Shown one piece after another: positions 13,470 through 24,906 of a stretch of DNA of 64,000 nucleotides. The notes below the pieces were generated by a model. That model saw only the letters and a program-made list of their open reading frames with translations. It had not been told where the DNA came from and searched no databases. How positions within the stretch are numbered: the stretch's first letter is position 1; each line of letters starts with the position of its first letter. The stretch is from Mytilus californianus (Eukaryota), in assembly GCF_021869535.1 (NCBI RefSeq), contig NW_026262723.1, positions 101,184,001-101,248,000 of the forward strand, read 5' to 3'. The position numbers and the translations under genes are program-made.

Positions 13470-16400
13470 CTATTCAGTTTTGGTTATAATTGGAAGTTTG
13501 GTATCTACTGAGACTTCTGTCTTGCTTTCTCTGTTGGTCAATAGTTCAGCAAGGTACTTAGCCAGCTGTGCTTGTTTTCCGTCACACACGGAAAAGACAT
13601 CTTGACTCTGAACTGGAGGATTTGTTCCATGAATAGGTACCACGTTTCTATTTGCTACTGTTACAAGGGCTCGTACAAGTTCCATTATCATTTCAGGTGA
13701 TCCGATGTTACTTTCGACGCTCATGCTGCGCTGCATATTCAATCGTCCATTCTTATTTGGTATAGATTCTCCAATGCTCGTTACATAGCTAGATGCCTCA
13801 CTTCCATAATAATTGCTATCGTCACTCATGTTACGGCTAAGTGGCCGTTTACTGTAGGGGTTGTTGGTCTTTGAGGTAATTTCTGAAGGTTTTACATCGT
13901 AACAGCACGTTACCCAAGGGACGCGTTTTAATAAGGCATTTCTGAACTTTGGATGACTGAATGCATACACGATTGGATTATGCATTGCGCAAGCTTTTGC
14001 CAACATTACAGGTATTTCTGCTACAACTGGTGTTACCCATTCTGCTGGTCCAAACTGACCAATCAGAGCAACCGTCGCATAAGGACTCCATGACAATATA
14101 TATAACGTAACAATAATCATAGCAATTCTTGCAACTTTTATCTCCATACTTGCTTTGTTTTGTTTATTTCGGAGGTCGTCTGCCTTCAACTTATCTGCAA
14201 CTTTCTCCATTTCCCGTTCGTGCTTTCTGATTGCCTTTAGGATTAGCACATAACAAACAACAGTGATTGCCAAAGGAACAACAAATCCGCCTAGATATAA
14301 TCCGAATATGTATGATCGCATATGTGGCTCTGTACTTAGGTAGTCAAAAGTACAAGATGTCTGAAACCCTTCTGGAATATAGGCTCCCCAACCAAATATT
14401 GGTGGAACAGCCCAGATTAGAGACCAGGCCCATACACACAGGATCATCATTAAAGCTTTTCTTCTAGTCATGTTCTTAGCAGCAGACAGTGGTTTTGCAA
14501 TATTAAGATATCGGTCAATGGATATTGCAGCCAAAGTATTGATCGACATCAACCCAAATAATCCTCCGATGAAGCCATAAAACTGACATGCTGAAATGCA
14601 TAAGAAAATATTGGATAAAATAGTCACAAATCTGGTATGCTGTAATACTTTGGAAAATATTAAACAAAGTGGACATGAACCTATTAATGTCGACGCTTTA
14701 ATTTGAATGACCCTTTTCATATCACTATCATCAAAAATAAAGAGAATCGCATGTCTTACATAGGTTGTGATTTATGTACAATTTTGAAGTCATTGATGAA
14801 TTTTTATATCAAATTCATTCAACAAGGACTTGATGATTAGGACTAAAAAGATGTGGTTTATATATTTATCCAATCGATATGTATTTGTTCCCATAACAAT
14901 AGCAAAATATTTCTAAACTTATTATATAATATATAAAAAAGCATACCCCTCCCCCATTTGTATCTACAAAATTCTGAGTTAACTTGTGTTTCTAAACGAA
15001 ACAATGACAAAACAGTTTGTTTGCATATGTTTAAATATATTCAATAAAAATTAATGAAACTTACCAGTATCTCCCCACATCCATTTTCGATTAAAAGCAG
15101 AAATACTTAGTAAAGGGAATCCGTTAACTGCTGAAAAGATAAGGTCACTGACAGCCAAATTGGTGATCAGCATGTTTGATGGCGTTTTTAAGCTTTCGGT
15201 CCTGAAAAATGTTAGAAAGAAAGAAGAATAGCACAGTTGTTAGCAAAAGCTATCTAAAAAGACAAGCATGCAAAAATATAAAAGTTATACATTGATTTTA
15301 GTGTATGTGCTTCTAGAATAACCTTCATGAGGTACGCTCTAGAATGAAACTCCTTAAAATGCGAATACAAGATCTATGAAAAGAAATTTATTTATTCAAA
15401 ATGTATCATTTAATGCATTTATCAAAGCACGTGCAAACAGGTTGGGAGTAAATTCCGGAACTGATCGTCTACAAGTTACGATATGTATAGGCCCAGTGAA
15501 AATAGTTAAAAAAACATATGATGCCGGTAAAAATTAGTACGTCATGTGTCTTTTCTTGCATTTAATGGAGAGACCGAAACGTATTAAACTATATAAATGA
15601 AGGGTTTCAAAAAAAGAAAATACCTCTGAAATTATTTTTTGTCTCGTTGGTAGGAATTCGCCGATGGAATTTTTCTCAAAAATAGGCCTGATTTAAACTT
15701 TGATGATTAATGTCGGAACTATGAGAATCCTAATCCATGCACAGATACAGCTTGGTTTAGTTTTTATTTATTTTGACTTATTTGGCATGTAGCGATAAAT
15801 GAGCAACAAAAAGGTAAAAGATATCAGTGAAACCTCTTCAGTGGCCATGGCTTTCATTATAAATAGATCATAATGATAGTTTATTGTCCTTTATGAAATG
15901 TGTTGTGTGTGGCACATAGTATTGTCGTTTTGTTGTTGTTGAATTCATTCATGCATTTAGAGCGTGAAAAATGATATGGACAGCTGTCTATACTCGGATA
16001 CCGATATCTTAATTTCATTGGTTTGGTTGCTATCTTATTGACAAATATCCAACATTACATTTTTTCATATGAATATTTTACATGGAAAATATATGATGTC
16101 TATTCTTGCATTACCCGTCACGCGGTTCCAACTAAAAAAAAATCAACATTTTACACCGTTGACATAACATATTTTACGATTGAGTTACCCATATTGTAGA
16201 ATACTTACGTGCTGAAAATCCATATCACAATTGAGTTTCCAATGATCCCAGTGAGTCCAACAATAGTGATGTAGACTCCCACCATAAAATGCCAATGGTC
16301 CGGTACAAGGTCGAATTGTTTCCAGTGAGGATGAATATAATAGCCGTACGTATCATACACACTAGTAGTATCATTGTATGTGCTAGTGGTCAGAGCGACT

Positions 16401-16677
16401 TCATGGTTTAGATCTGATGTAAACACTTCAAAATATGAATATTATGTATTGCTAGATTTAGTCCACAAAGTAAACTTTTTTCCATTCCTTTTACGATAGA
16501 TTTCTGTAGTTTCTGAAAATGACTATCAGCTTTGAATGCTAGACTGAACCTTGTAAAACGTCTCAAATGTTTTGAAAACTCACGTTTAAACTAATTATAA
16601 TTAAAGTTTCAAAGTGAATCATTTACAGAACCAACAACAATTTCATATATAAAATATTTTTTTCACTTACCCGACAT
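13470..16677 (-). CDS. Rhabdomeric (Gq-coupled) r-opsin, downstream paralog, 489 aa. Exons 16677-16671, 16413-16209, 15201-15065, 14590-13470
   Basis: Exons join in frame at GT-AG junctions (phases 1,2,1; 1470 nt including TAG). The protein starts MSDLNHEVALTTSTYNDTT. It has YYIHPHW, TPSNMLITNLA, C110-Q-F-Y113, DRY, EGFQTSC (counterion E181, C187), the Schiff-base Lys in LAKACAMHNPIVY, the r-opsin HPK motif and a CC palmitoylation site. The exon 2 acceptor could instead lie 12 nt upstream in the same phase. Confidence 0.95.
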
Positions 16678-16696
16678 TATTAGCTCCTACAGGACG

Positions 16697-16734
16697 AAAT
16701 GATAATTTTACCAACTCCATGCAGAATTTATATA
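16697..16734 (-). promoter_or_regulatory. Putative core promoter of the downstream opsin: TATA box plus Inr
   Basis: Minus strand TATATAAA at 16734-16727 and TCATTT initiator with A at 16700, about 32 nt downstream. This makes the ATG at 16677 the first ATG of the transcript. Confidence 0.55.
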
Positions 16735-17084
16735 GTGTATATGGTTATATTATTCAGTTTAATTTGTAAGAGGATGATAAAGGCGGAGGCAAACGTTGGT
16801 AACCATTTTTGTAAAAATAATCAGCTTAACTTTGTTATATACCTATTTTAAGAAAAATTATATACTAATTTTGATCCATCCACTGTTTCATCTTACATGT
16901 GATATCATGCTCACGTTTATTTATAAAAATGAAATACGTGAAACATTGACATCACGTGATTGACATTCAGTAAAGGTCAAATATATATATACTAGTAAGT
17001 CAAAATATTATGGCATGTCCAAAATAGAAAGTGAAAATTTTGAAAAAAAATATTGGATATTATAAATTCTATATTTACGGAAGA

Positions 17085-18135
17085 GAGGCGAAAGATACCA
17101 AAGGGATAGTCAAACTCACAAGTCGAAAACAAACTGAAAATAAAACAGTATACAAAACACAACAGAGAAAACCAAAAACTGAGTAACACGAACACTAGCG
17201 AAAATTGGGGTTGATATCAGGTGCTCCTGTTGTGTTGCTCATCTAAGTACAAACCCGTTGATATGTTTAATTCGGAAGGTCAGATACGGAGAAAAGAGGA
17301 TGGGATTATAGTTACGACAAATGGAACATATCCGTCGTCATCTTTGAAAAAGATTTTCCATAACGGTCAACCAACTCGTGATGGCGTCCATAAAATTTTC
17401 GAATAGATGATTTCAACTTCACTACTTTGAAGTCTTGTTTTAATAGCTTCCTTGTAAGCAGCAACAAAATATCAAGGAAAACATGATGGGGAATGCAAGC
17501 TCTGGAATTTTGTTTTAACTGGGAGATATCAACTCAATATGCAGGCGGTGCTGGAATGTTGCTACATAGAAAAGGAAAGTTAACAATTGTAAACATCTCT
17601 TTAGTCGTAAAGTTTTGTCCTCAACAGACCATCATTGTCAATTTCCAGAGGTAAGTCAAGATATAAGGCAGACTTAACTTTAATTGTTTACATAAGGAAA
17701 TGCCTGTGCCAAGTGAGGAATATGACAGTTGTTTTCCATTTGATGTGTTTGAGCTTTTGATTTTGCCATTTGATAAGGGACTTTCCATTTTGAATTTTCC
17801 TTTGAGTGCGGAATTTCTGTTATTTTACCTTTTATCAGTTGTATCCTTTATTTCAAGTTCGATGGGATATATGTGTTCAACATATTCAACAAACTTTGAA
17901 ATATTGAGGTGAGGACGTCGTCTATATAGCGGGAAGTGAAGCTTAAGGATAGTACTAGCTTCTTTTCATTCTTCTTAAGAAGCTCCAGTATGTGGTGAGC
18001 CTCATATGAATAATGGAACACGTCGGCAAGAACAGGAGCACTATTGGTTCTCATGGGAATGCCAATTGTTTTTGTTGTTCTTTTTGTCCTCCAAAGGTAA
18101 CAAATATGTTGTCAATCAAGAAGAAAATGCATGAA
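17085..18135 (-). mobile_element. Decayed Penelope-like RT fragment (subfamily 1) with 3' tail and a nested repeat at ~17695-17830
   Basis: Minus strand FLIDNIF, TNSAPVLADVF.YSYEA, RYIDDV and KFYGRHHELVDRY remnants, then the tail repeat. Confidence 0.75.
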
Positions 18136-19184
18136 ACAGAAAAACGAACAAAAAAGATGGCTATTGACAGACTTTGGCAAATTTGGAATTATTACCTTGA
18201 AATGAATTCTTGGTACAGCTTTGATAAAAATTAGATTTATGTTGTTTAAGGATGCCTTTTAATGTAGAAACCTGTCAAATTTGCGATAATTGCCCCTTAA
18301 AACAAAGTGAATACTCTTTAAAAAACCGTTGTTTTTTAAGGAAGCAAAAAATATAGATATATTCGAGTACGTTTTACTGAAGAAATGATTGTAAATGAAC
18401 ACGTTCAAACAACTATTTGAAGGTATTTAATATATTCTACGGTCCTTTGAAAGACAGTTTTTCTCTATTGACAGTTATGGTTCTCAACTCCGAATATTAC
18501 TTAAGCTGTCTGACAGATCGGACAACGCCCATATTCTTTATGTGCTTTTCCCAAATCATGAGTCTGTAATCCAGGGCATGCCTACCATGTATGTTTTTGT
18601 TTATTGTTTTTAGAATGGATCAGACCGCTGGTTTTCTCTTTTAAGATGTTTCATATTCACGTACCCACCATTTTCTTTGGAAAATGCATGTACAGAGTTA
18701 GGAATATGGCAGTTGTTTTTCACTTGTTCTGTCGTTTGATTTTGTCAGTTTTTATGGACTTGTCCTTTTTGAATTGGCCTTGGCGGTCGGTATTTTTGTT
18801 ATACTTTTTTGCCAGTGTGGGGCAATTAAAAGCTGATTATACAGTATGGTTTTGCTCATTGTTGAAGGCCGTACAGTGATCTACAGTTGTTTACATCCTT
18901 GTCCTTTGATCTCTTGTAAATAGTTGTCTCATTTACAATCTTACTGCATCTTCCTATTATTATAAACTATTATTATACCTTACATATATTATAAAGAAAT
19001 TTTATTGGGTAACACGTTATCACGTGACATGGAATAATTCAGTTAATTTTCATTTACTTGCAAGGAAGAACGAATAACCCTAAAAATTTACACCAGCGGT
19101 GAATAACTCTATTATTCACTGGCGAATAACCTTTTGAGTTTCTTGATTTGTACACGAGTTATCTCCCATGAAAATGACGTCACA

Positions 19185-19502
19185 TACGTATGTCGTAACT
19201 ACAATACCCTTCCCTTTCCACGAATGTGAACTACCGAATTAGACTATTTACCGGATTTGTAATAACATAAGCAACACGACGGGTGCCACATGTGAAGCAG
19301 GATCTGCTTACCCCTCCGGAGCACCTGAGATCACCCCCAGTTTTTGGTGGGGTTCGTGTTGCTTAGTCTTTAGTTTTCTATGTTGTGTCATCTGTACTAT
19401 TATTTGTCGATTTGTCTTTTTATTTTTGGCCATGGCGTTGTCAGTTTGTTTTCGATCTACTATGAGTTTGACTGTCCCTCTGGTATCTTTCGTCCCTCTT
19501 TC
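19185..19502 (+). mobile_element. Well-preserved solo 3' tail of Penelope-like subfamily 1
   Basis: Same sequence that follows the RT at ~4990 and ~51330. Further partial copies lie near 1030, 6470, 8240, 36620, 45080, 46700 and 63860. Confidence 0.7.
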
Positions 19503-20149
19503 TTAAGTAAACAAAATGTTAACATTCACGTTACAGGAAGCCCATCGAGTGACGAGGAAACAAGGCTTTGGACATGCATCTAGTGCCGATGGTATCTCTT
19601 ATAAACGTACCTTTTCAGGGCCATCAATATTTTACAAAAAGATTCTACCTTTGTTGTACATACGAGAAATTCTAAGACACAAATGTATTTTCGAATGTCA
19701 ACTTGTGTTTGTTACTATAGTAAGGTAAGTGCCTTTTCAATGGTTCAAAAGGCCATTCTACTGTTAGTTCGGTATAATAAAACAATTGTGGCCCCTAAGA
19801 AGCGATGAATATCCAAAATTGTCAACCCTTAAAAATTATTTTACTTCGGGATGCGCCCTCAGTCAAATAACCTTCTCGTGTTGACAATTTTCGATATTCA
19901 CCTTTTCTACTGGCCATAATTGTATATGATTTAGACATTAGTATTTTGCTTGATAATAATTATGGTTGTTTTGAACATAAAATATACTTTTACGTAATGA
20001 TTGACATATCGATGGTGATTATCTATGCCACAAGTATTGCAGATTTTTTCAATGTAATGATTCCATGAATCACAGTTTAATGGGGACAAACTGCTGAGAT
20101 ATCAAACGAATCAATTTTAAACAGTACCGGCAGATATTTAGACGATGTA

Positions 20150-20735
20150 TTCTCTGTAAACAATCATAATGTTTTTAAATCGTACTTTGTTAAAAATCAC
20201 TCTGATATTAACAATAAATTCTCTGAAACTGACGTTATCAAGATGCATGATTTCTTGATTGACAATATATTTGTTACGTTTGGAGAACGTGTTTTTAAAC
20301 AAACAATCGGCATTCCAATTGGAACCAACTGTGCTCCTCAACTTGTTCCTTTATTCATATGAAGCTGACTTCATACAGGCGCTTCTCAAGAAGAATGAAA
20401 AGAAGCTAGCATTATCCTTAAACTTCACTTTCTGCTATATAGATGATGTCATCTCACTTGATAATTCTAAGTTTGGTGACTATGATGAACGCATCTATCC
20501 CATCGAACTTGAAATAAAGGATTCAACAGATACAATAAAGTCTGCCTCATATCTTGACTTATATCTAGAAATTGACAATGAGAGTCGGTTGAGAACAAAA
20601 CATTACGACAAAAGATATGATTTCAGCTTCCCAATTGTAAACTTTCCATTTGTATTTAGCAACATTCCAGCCGCGCCTGCTTATGGAGTATATGTCTGCC
20701 AGTTCAAACGATATTGTAGGGCTTGCGTTTCCTAT
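20150..20735 (+). mobile_element. Penelope-like RT fragment (subfamily 1), 5'- and 3'-truncated
   Basis: FLIDNIFVTFG, GIP-GTNCAP, YSYEADF, YIDDV, SASYLDL, YDKRYDFSFPIVNFPF, PAYGVY. Confidence 0.85.
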
Positions 20736-20739
20736 TCCA

Positions 20740-20783
20740 GTGTCACTGATGGATCTTTTGTAGACGAAACATGCGTCTGGCGT
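20740..20783 (+). ncRNA. Degenerate hammerhead motif (family 1) fused to a Penelope-like RT fragment
   Basis: GTGTCA-CTGATGG-ATC..GAC-GAAA-C(ATGC)GTC-TGGCGT; A9 and G10.1 are altered. Confidence 0.7.
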
Positions 20784-22189
20784 ATAAATTTTTCATCTTG
20801 GTATCTATGATGAGTTTATTCATAACTATATTTTATGCCATTTGTCATGAAAGTAAACAACACATCGAAATAAATATACAACAGAGAAGACATTTAAACG
20901 GATTTAAGATGAAGAACATCAACGAAATCTTATTTTTGACATAGGATTACTTCAATAACACCAATGTTACTGCAGGAGATAAGTCTTTAATTTAATTTAA
21001 AATATTTAGTTAGATTGTTTTCTGATATTCAGAGACCCACGTCCCTTTGATACCTATTCATTACCATGCATATGTCTTATAAAGTACTTTGAAGGTCTCA
21101 ACAGAATAATCAAAACAAGTAACCCCTTAACAATCATAGATTAACAGAAACACAACAGCGCATGGATTAGATTGTCAAATACTACCTAAAGAGGATATCC
21201 AAAATCAATAACGCCTAAACATTATTTTGTCTATTTACTCCTTAGAGCTTCAAGCCTACATAAACGTAGCTTCCGTGATTTATTTTAATGCAAAAGTAAG
21301 GGCTTATTATTTATGGAGAAAATCTTTGACTTAGGGTTGCATTTGTTAAGCGTTTGATATCCATAAAAAGTTGGCTTAGTCACTAACGAGAAATATGTCC
21401 TTGATAGATGAAGCATAACGATGGTGATCTATGACACAATTGTTCCGTAACGGTCACCCAAGGTATAATGGCGTCCGTTAAACTTTTGATGAGACGGCTT
21501 AAATTAACGAATCAGGATTTATGTTAACTTGTAATTTCCTCGAGAGTAAATAACTTCTCCTTATATTTATATTTATAAAGGAAATTCCGTTTAAGGCTCT
21601 TAAATATAGTATCAACTCTTAACATACAGTTCATGATATACAGATACTGTTATAATGTGGTTCCGTCATTACAAGAGGCCTTCAATGAGAGAGTCGTCTC
21701 TACTGTTGTAAATTTGCCGAGTCCCAAAGTCACTTTTTAGTAGAAAGTCAAGGTAGCAGACATAACATACTTTATTTTGCGATTAACTGGTTAGTTGAGA
21801 TGGACACAAACTGTATCTGTATAATTTCTACAAAGACTTAACAATCATTTCAATTTGAAAACTATATATTCCTGTGAATTTTTTACTTTGTATATGTATT
21901 GTGTTCGTTTTTAATTATGATTCGTAAACGTTATGGAACATTAAATGCTTTTTGAACATGTGTAAGATTTTACCACCAACCTTGTTTATATCTTAAATCG
22001 TGTTTAAAAAATAAAATCCAAGTACTCGCATAGTGGTTTGTGTTCGTACCGGCAGACAAAGCAGCCAATAATGTAGTGGTGGTGTGACGCTTATACCACA
22101 CGGAAGTTCTCCAAAACGAAGTTGTTAATTCTTCTACATTCAGGTCCGTACGCTCCACAGAGAGTCAAATTGTAAACAAGCATATAATG

Positions 22190-24518
22190 ATTTACTTTTA
22201 TAAATTTTGACTTGGATGGAGAGTTGTCTCATTGGCACTCATACCACATCTTCTTATATCTATATCACTGCCACTAATAATAAAGTAATAAAGTTTATGG
22301 AAATAATGGTACTAATTATTGCTGGAGTGTTAAAAATTCTTTAGAGGTTTTAGATCAAATTCGTGCTTTTGATGGTCCTTTTAATCATGTTAACAGTTAT
22401 GATTTTTCTACTCTCTACAATACACTTCCACATCATCTTATCAAGAAAAAGTTTTCATATTTAATTAAATGGTCTTTTGAAAAATCTCATTGCAAATTCA
22501 TTTGCTGTAACTCGTTTAAAGCCTTTTTCTGTAATGAAAAAGGAAAGTATGCTAGCTACACTTACTGGAAATGTGAAGATATGATTGAAGCTATAAATTT
22601 TCTCCTGGACAACATATATGTACGTTTCGGCGATAAAGTGTATCTACAGGTATTATGTATTCCTATGGGCACTAATTGCGCCCCTTTAATAGCAGATTCA
22701 TTCCTCTATTGCTATGAATCACAGTTTATGGCCAAACTCAGTAAAGACACGTCATTTATACATTTGGTTGACATATTCAACAATACCTACCGTTATCTGG
22801 AGTTCTCAAAATATACTACCGAAATTTACCCAAAGGAACTTACTTTAAATAAATCTAACATAAACAGCAGTAGTTGTCCTTTTCTAGATTTAGACATTTC
22901 AATTTCTAAAGGGAAACTCCATACACAAATTTACGACAAAAGAGACGATTTTTCATTCCCTATTATTAATTTTCCTTTTTTAGACGGCGATGTTCCTTTG
23001 GCTACATCATGCGGTGTTTATATATCACAACTCGTTCGTTATGCCTGTGTGTGTAGTGATTTTAACGAACGTAATCAATGCATCACTGATAAATTATAAA
23101 GTCAGGGATTTTGTTACCATAAATTACTTAAAACATTTACTATATTCTTTCATAGATACAAAGATTTGATTAGTAAATTTGGCTGCACCTGTAAAAAACT
23201 TATTAAAAACGGTATTTCAAACGGTACTTAAAGCGCGGAAATCACTATGTGATCCGTGTAAACTCGTCGAACCTTTAAACAAACTTATTAGTAAAGGTTA
23301 TCTTATTAATGTTGTAATAAGATCTTTGAATATTGTTTACATTGCCACAAACCTCGATTTTGTCATCAACAAATTAAAACATAACTAAATTTGCATTCTT
23401 TTCGAATGTTTTTTTGGGATGTATAAATACACATCCACGTTTATTTTTTATTTAGAGATTGCTTGGTCTATATATAACATGATACATATTCATTTTAAGG
23501 TTAAATCCTAACTATCCTACTGCCTGTCGATACTTTCATTTTGGCATTGCACAAGTCATGTCTTCTTTGATTGTCCATGGCGTTAAAACACTAAATCCCT
23601 GGGATGTGTTTTAGTTGATTTTAGTCTCTGATGCAGGAATTTTTTATTATTAATTGTTTTTGGCTTTTAACTAGCTTTCAATAAACTGCGAGTTCTCTCA
23701 AATCGTACTTTCGTGTTAATTTGACCTGTTGACACAATTTGTACTGCATTTTTGTTATTTAATTTTTGCTTATTTTATTAAAAAAAAAAAAAAAAATATT
23801 TTGTGTTAAATCTCATCTCACTATTTTTAATATGTGCCACGTTTGATAAGTATTTAGTATGACGATAAATTTTCACTTCTGTACTCGTACTGTGAATAAC
23901 AAATTCATTTATTTTGTAAAGAATATTTCCGTACTCCTAACAACAAAATTATTATATCTAAATTTACCTGTGTACGTTATTTTATTTAACGCCATTTTGT
24001 CCCAGGTTACAGTTGTCTTTCTGACATTGTTTTACATCTTTTTTTATTGATATTGTATTTATATTGTGTCATAGATTAAATTTATTCGTACAGTGTATGT
24101 TTTCGTTTATATGTCTTTTTGATCGAGTTAAACCATTTCAACTGATATTTTATAGTCTGTCTTTTTATGTTGTAATGTTGCACTACTGTTTCAGGTTAGG
24201 GTGAAGGTTGGCGCCTGTTAAAAAGCTTAAACCCGCTGCATTTGTATGCACCTGTCCTAAGTCAGGAGCCTGTTGTTCAGTGGTTGTCGTTTGTTGATGT
24301 GTGCATAAGTGTTGCTCATTTCTCGTTTTTTATATAGATTAGACCGTGAATTGTTTTACAATAGTCATTTTGGGGCCCTTTATAGCTTGCTGTTCGGTGT
24401 AAGCCAAGGCTCCGTGTTGATGGCCGTTCTTTGACCTATAATTGTTTACTTTTTACACATTGTGACTTGGACGGAGAGTTGTCTCATTGCCACTCATACC
24501 ACATCTTCTTATTTCTAT
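22190..24518 (+). mobile_element. Penelope-like element (subfamily 2): RT fragment ~22270-23390, long 3' region, and ~75-bp direct terminal repeats
   Basis: SYDFSTLY.TLPH, FLLDNIYVRFG, IPMGTNCAPLIAD, CPFLDL, YDKRDDFSFPI. The sequence ending CATACCACATCTTCTTAT occurs at both 22190-22263 and 24444-24518. Confidence 0.75.
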
Positions 24519-24906
24519 TAATTATATGACCTCAATTACAGCAAATATGCAATAGATGCTGAATATACTTTCCGGATGACTCAATCTTTTTGCCTGTTTC
24601 AACAAATTGCTTGTTGGATACAATGACTTTGGGAAAAGAATTCAAGTAACGGCATTGTGTAAAAATTTTCCAGAATTTAGCTAAAGAAATAGAATATTAC
24701 AAAAACTCAGCGGTGAACTAACTGTTATTTTTGTTTCAATCAACATATTTATCATTATATTTCTAAAACGATTGCCTGATAATTATATGAACACTAAACA
24801 TGAAACTGACCTTATAACACCAATACATATTCTATAAACTAATATGATTTTCTTTTAAATAATTCTTGTATTCAAATGTAGAGATCCAGTTTTTATAACT
24901 AATTTA

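Noticed and set aside
14591-14720. N-terminal part of the 416-aa ORF (MKRVIQIK...)
   Set aside because: Intron read-through; the real exon starts at the acceptor at 14590. The same applies to the listed starts of the 26708-27007, 29085-29330, 62430 and 63058 ORFs.
19255-19364. SECIS element in the retroelement tail
   Set aside because: No AUGA/GA quartet with correctly spaced apical adenosines, and no conserved in-frame TGA in the RT.
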